From Burkholderiales bacterium (GTDB lineage Bacteria > Pseudomonadota > Gammaproteobacteria > Burkholderiales > SG8-39): 64,000 nucleotides of DNA. Below, piece after piece: positions 29,959 through 40,986 of this stretch. The stretch is taken from positions 155,870 to 219,869 of the forward strand of contig CBDIHI010000007.1 of NCBI GenBank assembly GCA_965279075.1, read 5' to 3'. Every line of letters begins with the position of its first letter. The stretch's first letter is position 1. The position numbers and the translations under genes were made by a program. The notes beneath the pieces are model-generated. The model worked only from the letters and a program-made list of their open reading frames with translations. It had not been told where the DNA came from and did no database searches.

Positions 29959-32034
29959 TTATTTCACCTTCATGCCGGGCTCGGCGCCGGAGTCCGGGGA
30001 AAGCAGGAAGATGCCGGGACCCTCGCCCGAGGCCGCGAGGACCATCCCCTGCGAAACGCCGAAGCGCATCTTGCGCGGGGCGAGGTTCGCCACCATCACC
30101 GTCAGGCGGCCCTTGAGCTGTTCGGGTGCGTAGGCGGACTTGATTCCCGCGAACACCGTGCGGGTCTCGGTGCCGAGGTCGAGGGTCAGCTTCACCAGCT
30201 TGTCTGCGCCTTCCACCGCCTCGGCGTCCGCGATCCTCACTACGCGCAGGTCGACCTTGGCGAAGTCGTCGATGTTGATCGTCGCGTCCCCGGCGGGGGC
30301 GGGAACGGGGGCGGGGGCAGGTGCGGCGGGTGCGGTCACGGGTTTCTTCTCTTTCGGTGCGTCTTGCGGGGGCAGGTCGAACAGCGCGTCGAGCTGCTTT
30401 GCTTCGACGCGGTTCATGAGGTGGGTGTACGCATTCACGCGGTCAAGGGCCGGGGTCCCCGACCACGCCTTGAAATCGATCCCGAGGAACTTGCCGGCCT
30501 GGGCCGCGGTCTCGGGCAGGATGGGTGCGAGATAGCGCGTGATCGAGGCGAAGGCACGGACCAGCGCGCTGCACGACTGGTGCAGCTCCAGGGTTTTCGC
30601 CGGGTCCTTTGCCTGCACCCAGGGCTTTTCATCGTCCGCGAAGGCGTTCGCGATGTCGGCGGCGTGCATGATCTCGCGGATCGCACGGCCGTAGTCCCGG
30701 CCGTCGTAGCAGTCCGCGATCTCGCCGCTCTTTGCCCCGACTTCGCCTAGCATGCGCTGCCCGGCGGGGGACAACTGCGCCACCGGCAGGATCGCGCCCG
30801 CGAACCGCTTGGCCAGGAACCCGGCCGCGCGGCTGGCGATGTTCACGTACTTGCCCACGAGGTCGCTGTTGACCCGCGCGAGGAAATCGTCCGGGTTGAA
30901 GTCGATGTCCTCGACGGCAGCGTTCAGCTTCGCGGCGATGTAGTACCGCAGCCACTCCGGGTTCATGCCCAGCTCGAGGTAGCGCAGCGGCGAGATCCCG
31001 GTGCCGCGGCTCTTCGACATCTTTTCCCCGGACACGTTGATGAAGCCGTGCACGAAGACGTTGGTCGGCACCTTGTAGTAAGGGCCGGCGAATTTCAGCA
31101 TCGCCGGCCAGAACAGGGTGTGGAAATAGATGATGTCCTTGCCGATGAAATGCACCTGCTCGGTGCTTTCGTCGGCGAGGAAGGCCTCGAAGTCGACGCC
31201 GATCTTCGCGCAGTAGGCCTTGAAGCTCGCGAGGTAGCCGATCGGCGCGTCGAGCCAGACGTAGAAATACTTGCCCGGCGCGTCGGGGATCTCGATGCCG
31301 AAGTAGGGCGCGTCGCGGGAGATGTCCCAGTCGCCAAGCGCCTTGTCGCCCTCGCCGTCGAGCCACTCGCGCGCCTTGTTGGCGACCTGCGGCTGCAGGC
31401 GCTGCGGCTGGTCGATCCAGTCGCGCAGGAAGGCCACGCAGGCCTCGTCCGACAGCCTGAAGAAGTAATGCTCGGAGCTCTTGCGCACGGGCGCGGCGCC
31501 GGAGAGTGTCGAGTAGGGATTGATCAGGTCGGTGGGCGAATAGACCGAGCTGCAGTTCTCGCAGGCGTCGCCGTACTGGTCCTTCGCGCCGCATTTCGGG
31601 CACTCGCCCTTGATGTAGCGGTCGGCGAGGAACATGCCCTTCACCGGGTCGTAGAACTGCTCGACCGGCTTCTTGTAGACCAGACCCGCCTTCGAGAGGC
31701 GCCGGTAGATGTCCTGCGAGAGCTGGGTGTTCTCGGCCGAATGCGTCGAGTGCCAGTGGTCGAAGCGGATGTGGAAGCCATCCAGGTACTGCTTGCGACC
31801 CGCGGCGATGCCGGCCACGAAGTCCTCGGGCGTCTTCCCGGCCTTCTCGGCGGCCAGCATGATCGGCGCGCCGTGGGCGTCGTCCGCGCCGACGAAGTGC
31901 ACCTCGTTGCCCCGCATCCTCTGGAACCGCACCCAGATGTCGGCCTGGATGTACTCCATGATGTGGCCCACGTGGAACGGCCCGTTGGCATAGGGCAGCG
32001 CGGTGGTGACGAAGAGCTTGCGGGGGGAGGACAT
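29959..32034 (-). CDS. metG: Methionine--tRNA ligase
   Basis: HIGH motif ([10 protein letters not shown]), KMSKS (EKMSKSRG), a Zn knuckle (CPKCG...CENC) and a C-terminal tRNA-binding domain. Confidence 0.98.
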   Translation of the reverse strand: MSSPRKLFVTTALPYANGPFHVGHIMEYIQADIWVRFQRMRGNEVHFVGADDAHGAPIMLAAEKAGKTPEDFVAGIAAGRKQYLDGFHIRFDHWHSTHSAENTQLSQDIYRRLSKAGLVYKKPVEQFYDPVKGMFLADRYIKGECPKCGAKDQYGDACENCSSVYSPTDLINPYSTLSGAAPVRKSSEHYFFRLSDEACVAFLRDWIDQPQRLQPQVANKAREWLDGEGDKALGDWDISRDAPYFGIEIPDAPGKYFYVWLDAPIGYLASFKAYCAKIGVDFEAFLADESTEQVHFIGKDIIYFHTLFWPAMLKFAGPYYKVPTNVFVHGFINVSGEKMSKSRGTGISPLRYLELGMNPEWLRYYIAAKLNAAVEDIDFNPDDFLARVNSDLVGKYVNIASRAAGFLAKRFAGAILPVAQLSPAGQRMLGEVGAKSGEIADCYDGRDYGRAIREIMHAADIANAFADDEKPWVQAKDPAKTLELHQSCSALVRAFASITRYLAPILPETAAQAGKFLGIDFKAWSGTPALDRVNAYTHLMNRVEAKQLDALFDLPPQDAPKEKKPVTAPAAPAPAPVPAPAGDATINIDDFAKVDLRVVRIADAEAVEGADKLVKLTLDLGTETRTVFAGIKSAYAPEQLKGRLTVMVANLAPRKMRFGVSQGMVLAASGEGPGIFLLSPDSGAEPGMKVK

Positions 32035-32159
32035 CGGGGAGGCCGGACCAAAGGCGTAATTCTAGCAAAGCGAGCAAGGTCTCTGGGCCGATTCAGTGTT
32101 CCGGCGCAGGGATTTGGGTACACTTGCGCTCCCGAGTTTCAGTGCAAAGCCGCCCCCCA

Positions 32160-33248
32160 ATGTCCCTCAGCGAAGCGCAGGTCCAGTCCGCCCTCAAGGA
32201 ACTGGTCGACCCGAACACCGGCAAGGATTTCGTCACCACCCGCTCGGCGAAGAACATCAAGGTCTCGGGCGGCGACGTGTCGCTCGACATCGAGCTCGGC
32301 TATCCGGGGAAAAGCCAGTTCGACGGCATCCGCAAGCAGGTGCTCGCGAAGCTGCGCGCGCTGCCGGGCGCCGGCAACGTGAGCGTAGGCGTGACCAGCA
32401 AAGTGGTTTCGCACGCCGTGCAGCGCGGCGTGAAGCTGATCCCCGGGATCAAGAACATCATCGCGGTCGCCTCCGGCAAGGGCGGCGTGGGCAAGAGCAC
32501 GACGGCAGTGAACCTCGCTCTGGCGCTGGCCGCCGAAGGCGCGAGCGTCGGCATCCTCGATGCGGACATCTACGGGCCTTCGCAGCCCACCATGCTCGGC
32601 ATCAGCGGCCGGCCGGAATCCAAGGACGGCAAGGGCCTGGAGCCGATGGAAGGCCACGGCATCCAGGCGATCTCCATCGGCTTCCTGATCGACGTGGACA
32701 CGCCCATGGTCTGGCGCGGACCGATGGTCACCCAGGCCCTCGAGCAGCTGCTGAAGGAAACCCGCTGGCGCGACATCGACTACCTGGTGGTCGACCTGCC
32801 GCCGGGCACCGGCGACATCCAGCTGACGCTCGCGCAGAAGGTGCCGGTCACCGGCGCCGTGATCGTCACCACGCCGCAGGAGATCGCGCTGCTCGATGCG
32901 CGCAAGGGCCTCAAGATGTTCGAGAAGGTCGGCATCCCCATCCTCGGCATCGTGGAGAACATGAGCACGCACATCTGCTCGAACTGCGGGCACGAGGAAC
33001 ACATCTTCGGCGCCGGCGGGGCGGCGCGGATGGGCAAGGACTACGGCGTGGACGTGCTCGGCAGCCTGCCGCTCGACATCGCGATCCGCGAGCAGACGGA
33101 CTCCGGCAAGCCCACCGTGGTCGCCGACCCGGACGGGCGCGTGGCGGAGATCTACCGCTCGATCGCGCGGCTCTGCGCGGTGAAGATCGCCGACAGCCAG
33201 AAGGACATGACCGGGAAATTCCCGAACATCGTCGTCCAGAACACCTGA
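32160..33248 (+). CDS. apbC: Iron-sulfur cluster carrier ATPase ApbC/Mrp
   Basis: Deviant Walker A (SGKGGVGKST) and a CxxC (ICSNCGH). It is divergent from metG, as in E. coli. Confidence 0.95.
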   Translation: MSLSEAQVQSALKELVDPNTGKDFVTTRSAKNIKVSGGDVSLDIELGYPGKSQFDGIRKQVLAKLRALPGAGNVSVGVTSKVVSHAVQRGVKLIPGIKNIIAVASGKGGVGKSTTAVNLALALAAEGASVGILDADIYGPSQPTMLGISGRPESKDGKGLEPMEGHGIQAISIGFLIDVDTPMVWRGPMVTQALEQLLKETRWRDIDYLVVDLPPGTGDIQLTLAQKVPVTGAVIVTTPQEIALLDARKGLKMFEKVGIPILGIVENMSTHICSNCGHEEHIFGAGGAARMGKDYGVDVLGSLPLDIAIREQTDSGKPTVVADPDGRVAEIYRSIARLCAVKIADSQKDMTGKFPNIVVQNT

Positions 33249-33252
33249 AGCC

Positions 33253-33852
33253 ATGCTGCGCGTCTACGGCGACGTCTGGTCGGGCAACTGCTACAAGGTC
33301 AAGCTCGTCCTGACCCAGCTGGGGCTGCCTTTCGAGTGGGTCCCTGTCGACATCATGAAGCAGGAGTCGAGGACGCCGGAGTTCCTCGCGAAGAACCCCA
33401 ACGGCCGCGTGCCCGCGCTGGAACTCGACGACGGCACGTGCCTCGCGGAATCCAACGCCATCCTCTGGTACCTCGCCGAGGGCTCGCCCCTGGTGCCGGG
33501 CGACCGCCTCGGGCGGGCGCAGGCGCTGCAGTGGATGTTCTTCGAGCAGTACAGCCACGAGCCCAACATCGCCACCGCCCGGTTCATCGTCCGGTACCTG
33601 GGCAAACCGCCGGAGCGCCGCGAGGCGCTGGCGGCGAAGATGGCGCCGGGCTACGCCGCGCTGGGGGTGATGGAAGGGCACCTGGCCGCCCATGACTGGT
33701 TCGCAGGCGGGAAGCATTCCATAGCTGACATCGCCCTGTACGCCTACACCCACTGCGCGGGCGAGGGCGGGTTCGACCTCGGGCGGTTCCCGGCTATCCG
33801 CTCGTGGCTGGCGCGGGTAGAATCGCGCCCACTTCACGTACCCATGGGTTGA
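33253..33852 (+). CDS. Glutathione S-transferase family protein
   Basis: The N-terminal thioredoxin-like domain has [27 protein letters not shown]. Confidence 0.9.
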   Translation: MLRVYGDVWSGNCYKVKLVLTQLGLPFEWVPVDIMKQESRTPEFLAKNPNGRVPALELDDGTCLAESNAILWYLAEGSPLVPGDRLGRAQALQWMFFEQYSHEPNIATARFIVRYLGKPPERREALAAKMAPGYAALGVMEGHLAAHDWFAGGKHSIADIALYAYTHCAGEGGFDLGRFPAIRSWLARVESRPLHVPMG

Positions 33853-33862
33853 AGAGTCCCGG

Positions 33863-34429
33863 ATGAGCATCAAGGCCGACAAGTGGATCCGCCGCATGGC
33901 CGAAGGCCAGCGGATGATCGAGCCGTACGAACCCGGGCAGGTGCGCGCCATCGACGGGCGGCGCATCGTGTCCTACGGCACCTCCAGTTACGGCTACGAC
34001 ATCCGCTGCTCGGACGAATTCAAGATCTTCACCAATATCAATTCGACCATCGTCGACCCGAAGGCTTTCGACCCCAGCTCGTTCGTCGATTTCAAGGGCC
34101 CGGTGTGCATCATCCCGCCCAATTCGTTCGCGCTCGCCCGCACGGTGGAGTACTTCCGCATCCCCCGCAACGTGCTGACCATCTGCCTGGGGAAATCCAC
34201 CTACGCGCGCTGCGGAATCATCGTCAACGTCACCCCGCTCGAACCCGAGTGGGAGGGCCACGTGACGCTGGAGTTCTCGAACACCACCCCCCTGCCGGCC
34301 AAGATCTACGCCAACGAGGGCGTGGCGCAGGTTCTGTTCATCGAGTCGGACGAGGTCTGCGAGACCTCCTACAAGGACCGCGGCGGCAAGTACCAGGGTC
34401 AGACAGGCGTGACCCTCCCCCGCATCTGA
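33863..34429 (+). CDS. dcd: dCTP deaminase
   Basis: Carries [18 protein letters not shown] and [15 protein letters not shown] blocks. Confidence 0.97.
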   Translation: MSIKADKWIRRMAEGQRMIEPYEPGQVRAIDGRRIVSYGTSSYGYDIRCSDEFKIFTNINSTIVDPKAFDPSSFVDFKGPVCIIPPNSFALARTVEYFRIPRNVLTICLGKSTYARCGIIVNVTPLEPEWEGHVTLEFSNTTPLPAKIYANEGVAQVLFIESDEVCETSYKDRGGKYQGQTGVTLPRI

Positions 34430-34569
34430 GCCAAGCGTGACCCCCGTACGCCCCGGCGCGTGAAACCGCCCGACCGCCCACCCCCGGCCCCACCGCTCGC
34501 CCCACGGCGCAACCTTTTGCGCGCGCCGGCGTATTCCCATTGCCTGCCGTTTCCTTCCCGGAGAACCGC

Positions 34570-36819
34570 ATGAAGTTCCGCTTTCCCATCGTCATCATCG
34601 ACGAAGACTTCCGCTCGGAGAACGCATCGGGCCTCGGCATCCGTGCACTCGCCAAGGCGATCGAGGACGAGGGCATGGAGATCCTCGGCGTGACCGGCTA
34701 CGGCGACCTGTCGCAGTTCGCGCAGCAGCAGAGCCGCGCCTCGGCCTTCATCCTGTCGATAGACGACGAGGAGTTCACGCCCGGCCCGGAGCTCGACCCG
34801 GCGGTGCTGAGCCTGCGCAAGTTCATCGGCGAGATCCGCCGCAAGAACGCGGACATCCCGATCTACCTGTACGGCGAGACGCGCACCTCCCAGCACATCC
34901 CGAACGACATCCTGCGCGAACTGCACGGCTTCATCCACATGTTCGAGGACACGCCGGAGTTCGTCGCGCGCCACATCATCCGCGAGGCGAAGTCGTACCT
35001 CGACGGCCTCGCACCGCCGTTCTTCCGCGCGCTGACCCACTACGCGCAGGACGGCTCGTACTCCTGGCACTGCCCCGGGCACTCCGGCGGCGTCGCCTTC
35101 CTGAAGAGCCCGGTCGGCCAGATGTTCCACCAGTTCTTCGGCGAGAACATGCTGAGGGCCGACGTCTGCAACGCGGTGGACGAACTCGGGCAGCTGCTGG
35201 ACCATGACGGGCCGGTCGGCGCCTCGGAAAAGAACGCCGCCCGCATCTTCGGCGCCGACCATTGCTACTTCGTCACCAACGGCACCTCGACCTCCAACAA
35301 GATGGTCTGGCACGCCAACGTCGCGCCAGACGACATCGTGGTGGTGGACCGCAACTGCCACGTGTCGATCCTGCACGCGATCACGATGACCGGTGCGATC
35401 CCCGTGTTCCTCACGCCCAAGAGGAACCACCTCGGCATCATCGGCCCGATCCCGCTGGAGGAGTTCAGCCCCGAGAACATCGCGCGGAAGATCGAGGCCA
35501 ACCCGTTCGCGCGCGCGGCCAAGCGCAAGAAACCGCGCATCCTCACGATCACGCAGAGCACCTACGACGGCGTGCTCTACAACGTCGAGATGCTGAAGGA
35601 CACGCTCAATTCCTCGATCGAGACGCTGCACTTCGACGAGGCCTGGCTGCCGCACGCGACCTTCCACGACTTCTACAAGAACATGCACGCAATCGGCCGC
35701 GACCGGCCGCGCGCGAAGGACGCGATGATCTTCGCCACGCACTCGACCCACAAGCTGCTGGCCGGCATCTCGCAGGCCTCCCAGATCCTCGTGCAGGAGT
35801 CGCAGACGAGGAAGCTCGACCGCCACTCGTTCAACGAGGCGTACCTGATGCACACTTCGACCTCCCCGCAGTACGCGATCATCGCGTCCTGCGACGTGGC
35901 GGCGGCGATGATGGAGCCGCCGGGCGGCACGGCGCTGGTGGAGGAGTCGATCCTCGAGGCGCTCGATTTCCGCCGCGCGATGAAGAAGGTCGACAACGAG
36001 TGGGGCAAGGACTGGTGGTTCAAGGTCTGGGGCCCGGAGAAGGTCGCCACGGACGGCATCGGTTCGCGCGAGGAGTGGGTGCTGAAGGCCAACGACAAGT
36101 GGCACGGCTTCGGCAACCTTGCGACGGGCTTCAACATGCTCGACCCGATCAAGGCAACCGTGATCACGCCGGGCCTCGACGTCTCGGGCAGGTTCGCCAA
36201 GAGCGGCATCCCCGCGGCGATCGTGACGCGCTACCTCGCCGAGCACGGCGTCATCGTCGAGAAGACCGGGCTCTACTCGTTCTTCATCATGTTCACGATC
36301 GGCATCACCAAGGGCCGCTGGAACACGCTGGTGACGGCGCTGCAGCAGTTCAAGGACGACTACGACAAGAACCAGCCGCTCTGGCGCGTGCTGCCGGAGT
36401 TCTGCCAGGCGCAGCCGCGCTACGAGCGCCTCGGGATCCGCGACCTGTGCGAGCAGATCCACGGCATGTACAAGGCCAATGACGTGGCCCGCGTCACCAC
36501 CGAGATGTACCTGTCGGACATGCAGCCCGCAATGAAGCCCTCCGACGCGTTCGCGGCGATGGCGCACCGCGAGATCGACCGGGTGCCGATCGACAAGCTC
36601 GAAGGCCGTGTCACCAGCGTGCTGCTGACGCCCTACCCGCCGGGGATCCCGCTACTGGTCCCGGGAGAGCGCTTCAACGCGACCATCGTCAGCTACCTGC
36701 AGTTCGCGCGCGAGTTCAACCGCAAGTTCCCCGGGTTCGAGACCGACATCCACGGCCTGGTGGAGGAGAAGGTGGACGGCGTGTCCGAGTACTTCATGGA
36801 CTGCGTCCGGCAGGCGTGA
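34570..36819 (+). CDS. Orn/Lys/Arg decarboxylase (large, wing-domain, PLP-dependent)
   Basis: About 750 aa. The PLP-lysine motif is FATHSTHKLLAG. The N-terminal wing domain begins FPIVIIDEDF. The ATG is preceded by GGAGAA. Confidence 0.92.
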   Translation: MKFRFPIVIIDEDFRSENASGLGIRALAKAIEDEGMEILGVTGYGDLSQFAQQQSRASAFILSIDDEEFTPGPELDPAVLSLRKFIGEIRRKNADIPIYLYGETRTSQHIPNDILRELHGFIHMFEDTPEFVARHIIREAKSYLDGLAPPFFRALTHYAQDGSYSWHCPGHSGGVAFLKSPVGQMFHQFFGENMLRADVCNAVDELGQLLDHDGPVGASEKNAARIFGADHCYFVTNGTSTSNKMVWHANVAPDDIVVVDRNCHVSILHAITMTGAIPVFLTPKRNHLGIIGPIPLEEFSPENIARKIEANPFARAAKRKKPRILTITQSTYDGVLYNVEMLKDTLNSSIETLHFDEAWLPHATFHDFYKNMHAIGRDRPRAKDAMIFATHSTHKLLAGISQASQILVQESQTRKLDRHSFNEAYLMHTSTSPQYAIIASCDVAAAMMEPPGGTALVEESILEALDFRRAMKKVDNEWGKDWWFKVWGPEKVATDGIGSREEWVLKANDKWHGFGNLATGFNMLDPIKATVITPGLDVSGRFAKSGIPAAIVTRYLAEHGVIVEKTGLYSFFIMFTIGITKGRWNTLVTALQQFKDDYDKNQPLWRVLPEFCQAQPRYERLGIRDLCEQIHGMYKANDVARVTTEMYLSDMQPAMKPSDAFAAMAHREIDRVPIDKLEGRVTSVLLTPYPPGIPLLVPGERFNATIVSYLQFAREFNRKFPGFETDIHGLVEEKVDGVSEYFMDCVRQA

Positions 36820-36821
36820 AA

Positions 36822-36873
36822 GTCTGACTTTGGTCCTTTGAACGCAAGGGCTGGAGCCGCTTGCGTGTCAGAC
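36822..36873. terminator. Nested imperfect hairpin (GTCTGAC..ACGCAAG...CTTGCGT-GTCAGAC) between the convergent decarboxylase and folA genes
   Basis: Inverted repeats were read directly. No clear U-tract on either strand. Confidence 0.35.
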
Positions 36874-36892
36874 AGCATGCCTGTTTAGGAAA

Positions 36893-37429
36893 CTACAGGC
36901 GGATCCTCTCATACATCACGAAGTCGTACGGCAGCCCGTCCGCGGACGTGTGGGACTGCCGCTGCGACTCCCTGAAGGCCGCGCGATCCCAGTCCGGGAA
37001 GCGCGTGTCGCCGTCGAAGTCCTTGCCGATCTCGGTCATCACGATCCCGTCCGCCAGCGGCAGCGCGGCCGTGTAGATCTCGCCGCCGCCGATCACGAAG
37101 GCGAGGGGCTCGCCGATGCAAAGCGCCATCGCGCCTTCCACCGATGAGGCGATGCTGACGTCCGGGATCTCCAGCCCGGGCGTGCGGCTCACCACGATGT
37201 TCTCGCGGCCGGGCAGGGGTTTCCCGATCGACTCGTAGGTCTTGCGGCCCATGATCACCGGGTGGCCGAGCGTGAGCGCCTTGAAGTGCTTCAGGTCCTC
37301 GGGCAGGTGCCAGGGCATCCGGTTGCCGGCGCCGATGACGCCGTTGGGGGCCACGGCGGCGACGAGGAAGACGCGCGTCGCGCCGCCTCCCGGTGTGACT
37401 TCTGTCCTGTCTTGTGCTTCGCCCATCAT
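36893..37429 (-). CDS. folA: Dihydrofolate reductase
   Basis: Carries VIGAGNRMPWHLPEDLKHFKALTLGHPVIMGRKTYESIG and VIGGGEIY. It has a roughly 18-aa N-terminal extension. Confidence 0.92.
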   Translation of the reverse strand: MMGEAQDRTEVTPGGGATRVFLVAAVAPNGVIGAGNRMPWHLPEDLKHFKALTLGHPVIMGRKTYESIGKPLPGRENIVVSRTPGLEIPDVSIASSVEGAMALCIGEPLAFVIGGGEIYTAALPLADGIVMTEIGKDFDGDTRFPDWDRAAFRESQRQSHTSADGLPYDFVMYERIRL

Positions 37430-37444
37430 GCAATTATAGGCGGC

Positions 37445-38926
37445 ATGGCACCGTCGATCCCCGCGCATTACACGGCCCAGCCCCCCGACAAGCGCTTCCC
37501 GCGATCCTTCCTGAAGCTGCTGGTGGCGGGCTTCCTGCTGGTCGCCCTGCCGCTCGCGGGGGCGCTGATGTATTCGGCATGGAACACCGAGCGCCTCGCC
37601 GAGCAGGCGCAGTTCGCGGTGTTCAACGCCGCGCAGGCGGCGCGCGCGAGCCGGTCCCTGGTCAACCGCATCAACTCGATCGAGCGCATCGCGCAGCAGT
37701 ACGCGGTGCAGGCCGATGCCGAACTGGTCGCCGATTACGCGCGGGTCAGGCGCAGCTTCGGGCAGGTGTCGGCGGAACTCGCGCGGCTCCCGCTGGATGG
37801 CGAGCAGCTCGCGGCGCTCAACCGCACCATCGAGAAGGAGCGCCGGCTCTACGACCTGCTGGCCGCGGGGTCCGGCGCGAAGCCCGACGCGGCGCAGGCG
37901 AGCCGGTTGGCCGGTGACCTGGCCGAGAGCGCCTACGAGGTGCTTGCGATCAGCTACGTGATCGCCGACCGGGAGGTGGAGCGGCTGAGGATGTCGGCCG
38001 AGGCCGTGCGCGGGCGGATGCTGCTGCTGCTCTTCGCGACGATCGCGATCGCGCTGGCCGCGGCCCTGGTCCTCACGCGCCTTATCGCCCGGCCGATCCG
38101 CGAGCTCGATGCGTCGATCCGGCAGCTGGGCAGCGCCGACTTCACGCGCCCGATCAGGGTGAGCGGCCCGGACGACCTGCAGGACCTCGGCGAGCGGCTC
38201 GACTGGCTGAGGCGCCGGCTGACGGAACTCGAGGCACAGAGGAACCGGTTCCTGCGCCACGTCTCGCACGAGCTCAAGACGCCGCTCACGGCGTTGCGCG
38301 AGGGCGCCGAGCTGCTGCACGACGGGGTGGGCGGCGCGCTCGCCCCGCAGCAGAAGCTGGTGGTGGAGATCCTGCGCGAGAACTGCATGAAGCTGCAGCG
38401 CATGATCGAGGACCTGCTGGATTACCAGCACGCGCTGCACGTGGCGGCGACTCTGGACAGGAAACCCGTCGCCCTCGAGAAGCTGCTGCGCGAAGTCGCC
38501 GATGCCCACCGGCTCGAGGCGCACGCCAAGCGCCAGACCGTGTCCCTCGACGTGCCCCCGGCCAGCATCGAGGCCGACGGCGAGAAGCTGCGCACTGTCT
38601 TCGACAACCTGGTGGGCAACGCGCTCAAGTTCACGCCCGAGGGCGGGCTGATCTCGATCGTGCTGCAGGAGGAGGCGGACGCGGTTCGCGTCGAGGTCGT
38701 CGACACGGGGCCGGGTGTCCCGCCGGAAGAACGGCGCTCGATCTTCGACACGTTCTTCCGCGGCCGGGCCAAGAGCGGGGGCCGGGTCGAGGGCAGCGGC
38801 CTCGGCCTCGCGATCGCGCGGGAGTTCGTGCAGGCGCACGGCGGGACGATCGGCGTCGCTTGCGACGGCAAGGGTTCGCGCTTCAGCGTGGTTTTGCCGC
38901 GGCGCGCGGGCGGGGCGGCGGCATGA
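37445..38926 (+). CDS. glrK: GlrK/QseE-like sensor histidine kinase
   Basis: The N-terminus (RFPRSFLKLLVAGFLLVALPL) resembles E. coli GlrK. It has a HAMP domain, the H-box FLRHVSHELKTPLTAL and the G-box GSGLGLAIA. The start lies 15 nt from the divergent folA start. Confidence 0.85.
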   Translation: MAPSIPAHYTAQPPDKRFPRSFLKLLVAGFLLVALPLAGALMYSAWNTERLAEQAQFAVFNAAQAARASRSLVNRINSIERIAQQYAVQADAELVADYARVRRSFGQVSAELARLPLDGEQLAALNRTIEKERRLYDLLAAGSGAKPDAAQASRLAGDLAESAYEVLAISYVIADREVERLRMSAEAVRGRMLLLLFATIAIALAAALVLTRLIARPIRELDASIRQLGSADFTRPIRVSGPDDLQDLGERLDWLRRRLTELEAQRNRFLRHVSHELKTPLTALREGAELLHDGVGGALAPQQKLVVEILRENCMKLQRMIEDLLDYQHALHVAATLDRKPVALEKLLREVADAHRLEAHAKRQTVSLDVPPASIEADGEKLRTVFDNLVGNALKFTPEGGLISIVLQEEADAVRVEVVDTGPGVPPEERRSIFDTFFRGRAKSGGRVEGSGLGLAIAREFVQAHGGTIGVACDGKGSRFSVVLPRRAGGAAA

Positions 38927-39420
38927 GCGCCCGGGCCCTTGTGCTTTTGCTGGCTGCCGCAGCGGTGTGCGGCTGCGGCAGCCTGCCGTCCGCGCCGCCG
39001 GCCGCCGGCCTGGTGGGCTACTTCGCGGCCGTGTCCCGGCAAGGGCCGTCGGGCCAGAAGCAGGCGCTCGCCCAGGCAGCGCAGTCCTTCGGCCGCGACC
39101 CAACGCCCATCGCGCGCCTCAGGCTGGGCGGGCTGCACGCGCAGCCCGCGCCGGCGCTGCGCGACGACGCGCGCGCGCTGTCCCTGCTCGAGCCGCTGCT
39201 GGCGCCGGCGCGGGACCCCGCCGGCACGGACCCTGCGATCGCCGACCTTGCCGCGCTGCTGCACGCGCAGGTGGCCGAGCGCCAGCGCGCGGCGCGCGAC
39301 GAGGCGAAGAAACTGGACGCCCTGCGGGAGCAGAACGAGGCCATGAAGGAGCGCTTCGGCGCCCTGCGGGCGCTCGATCGCTCGATCCTGCAGCGCGAAG
39401 ACCGCCAACCCCACCGGTGA
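38923..39420 (+). CDS. qseG: QseG/YfhG-like lipoprotein
   Basis: ATGA-coupled to the kinase. It has a signal/lipobox-like N-terminus (LLLAAAAVCGCGS). The C-terminal coiled coil AERQRAARDEAKKLDALREQ...LDRSILQ resembles E. coli QseG (AEERQRYSKL...LDTLRQQ...IERQLS). Confidence 0.6.
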   Translation: MSARALVLLLAAAAVCGCGSLPSAPPAAGLVGYFAAVSRQGPSGQKQALAQAAQSFGRDPTPIARLRLGGLHAQPAPALRDDARALSLLEPLLAPARDPAGTDPAIADLAALLHAQVAERQRAARDEAKKLDALREQNEAMKERFGALRALDRSILQREDRQPHR

Positions 39421-39427
39421 CGACGCC

Positions 39428-40771
39428 ATGAGCAAGGATGTCCCGCACGTTCTCCTCGTCGACGACGACGCCGACCTGCTGCAACTGATCGCGATGCGGC
39501 TCGTCTCGACCGGCTATGCCGTGACCGCGGTCGGGTCCGGCGAGGCGGCGCTGGCGAGCTTCGCGGTGAACCGCCCGGACGCCATCGTGACCGACCTGCG
39601 CATGCGGGGCATGGACGGCATGGCGCTGTTCGACGCGATCCATCGCCAGGCTCCGACGCTCCCGGTGGTGATCCTCACCGCGCACGGGACGATCCCCGAG
39701 GCCGTGGCGGCCACGCGCCGCGGCGTCTTCAGCTTCCTGACCAAGCCCTTCGACAGCAAGGTGCTGACCGAAACCGTGGCCGATGCGCTGCGCCTCGCCC
39801 CGGGCGAGGCGGGGGAGCCCGGCGGATGGCGCTCCGAGATCGTCACGCGTTCCGCCGCCATGGAGCACCTGCTGTCCCAGGCGCAGCTGGTGGCGCAGTC
39901 CGATGCGAGCGTCTGCATCTTCGGGCCGAGCGGGACCGGCAAGGAACTGATCGCGCGCGCACTGCACCGCGCGAGCCGCCGGGCCGGCAAGCCCTTCGTC
40001 GCCGTGAACTGCGGCGCGATCCCCGAGGGGCTGCTCGAGACCGAGCTCTTCGGCCACAAGAAAGGCGCGTTCACCGGCGCCACGCAGGACCGCCGCGGCC
40101 TCTTCCAGGCGGCCGAGGGCGGCACGCTGTTCCTCGACGAGGTCGGCGACATGCCCCCGGCGCTGCAGGTGAAGCTGCTGCGCGCGCTCGAGGACCGCAC
40201 CGTGCGCGCGGTGGGCGCCAACGAGTCCGTCCCGGTCGACGTGCGCATCGTCTCGGCCACGCACAGGAAGCTCGAGGACCGCATCGCGTCCGGCGAATTC
40301 CGCGAGGACCTCTATTACCGGCTCAACGTCGTGAAGCTCGTGGTGCCGCCGCTGGCCGAACGCCGCGAGGACATCCCGCTGCTCGCGGGGCACTTCCTCA
40401 AGCGCCTCGCCGAGCGCTACCAGAAGCGCGCGCAGGGGTTTTCGCCGGAGGCGCTGGAGTTGCTGATCGCCGCGCCCTGGCCGGGCAACGTGCGCCAGCT
40501 GCTGAACGTCGTGGAGCAGTCGGTCGCGCTCGCCACCACCGAGGTCGTGCCGGCGTCGCTGGTGCGGCAGGCGATCGACCATGCCGAGAGTTCGCTCACG
40601 CCGCTGGACGAGGCCCGCCGCGCGTTCGAGCGCGACTACCTCGTGCAGCTGCTGAAGCTCACCGCGGGCAACGTGTCGCAGGCGGCAAAGCTCGCGGGGC
40701 GCAACCGTACGGAGTTCTACCGGCTGCTGGAGCGCCACTCGCTCGAGCCTGCGCAGTTCAAGAACAGCTAG
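39428..40771 (+). CDS. glrR: Sigma54-dependent response regulator GlrR/QseF
   Basis: Colinear with E. coli GlrR: LLVDDD, DLRM..MDGM, GVFSFLTKP, GPSGTGKE, GAFTGA, and the HTH AGRNRTEFYRLL. Confidence 0.92.
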   Translation: MSKDVPHVLLVDDDADLLQLIAMRLVSTGYAVTAVGSGEAALASFAVNRPDAIVTDLRMRGMDGMALFDAIHRQAPTLPVVILTAHGTIPEAVAATRRGVFSFLTKPFDSKVLTETVADALRLAPGEAGEPGGWRSEIVTRSAAMEHLLSQAQLVAQSDASVCIFGPSGTGKELIARALHRASRRAGKPFVAVNCGAIPEGLLETELFGHKKGAFTGATQDRRGLFQAAEGGTLFLDEVGDMPPALQVKLLRALEDRTVRAVGANESVPVDVRIVSATHRKLEDRIASGEFREDLYYRLNVVKLVVPPLAERREDIPLLAGHFLKRLAERYQKRAQGFSPEALELLIAAPWPGNVRQLLNVVEQSVALATTEVVPASLVRQAIDHAESSLTPLDEARRAFERDYLVQLLKLTAGNVSQAAKLAGRNRTEFYRLLERHSLEPAQFKNS

Positions 40772-40826
40772 ACGAGAAGAGGGGCTGCCGCCCCTCCTCA
40801 CGCCTCCCCGCGAACGTCTTTCCTTT

Positions 40827-40844
40827 TGTCGTCAAGCGGCGACA
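40827..40844 (+). promoter_or_regulatory. Candidate GlrR upstream activator box TGTC-N10-GACA (exact)
   Basis: TGTCgtcaagcggcGACA, read directly. Its centre is about 175 nt upstream of the predicted sigma54 start site. Confidence 0.55.
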
Positions 40845-40891
40845 GAAAAAAATCCGTCGTTTCAAGGCGTTCCCCGAAGGCCCCGGAATCC

Positions 40892-40909
40892 TGTCGTGCG
40901 GCCACGACG
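40892..40909 (+). promoter_or_regulatory. Candidate GlrR upstream activator box TGTC-N10-GACG (one mismatch)
   Basis: TGTCgtgcggccacGACG, with its centre 65 nt from box 1. Confidence 0.45.
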
Positions 40910-40986
40910 GTTCACAGTCTTTTACAACCCTGGAACTTATTCACGGATCGCACGCAAGTCGTTGCGGCGATTGCGTATTCCGGCAT

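Noticed and set aside
27685-30116. 731-aa (-) and 709-aa (+) ORFs overlapping the pilin-like gene, SulP and the metG 3' end
   Set aside because: They have low-complexity Arg/His/Asp/Gly-rich translations. The SulP frame (28191..29957) has the family motifs and TM pattern.
30629-32077. 482-aa minus-strand alternative frame within metG
   Set aside because: The metG frame (29959..32034) carries HIGH and KMSKS. The alternative frame is Arg/Gly/Pro-rich.
36100-36115. TGGCAC-N5-CGGCA string resembling a sigma54 -24/-12 element
   Set aside because: It lies inside the decarboxylase coding frame (codons K-W-H-G-F-G). The -12 element is poor (CGGCA rather than TTGCA) and there is no downstream start.
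34399-36567. 722-aa minus-strand ORF antisense to the Orn/Lys/Arg decarboxylase
   Set aside because: This is an antisense artefact. The + frame contains the PLP-lysine motif HSTHK and full-length family similarity.
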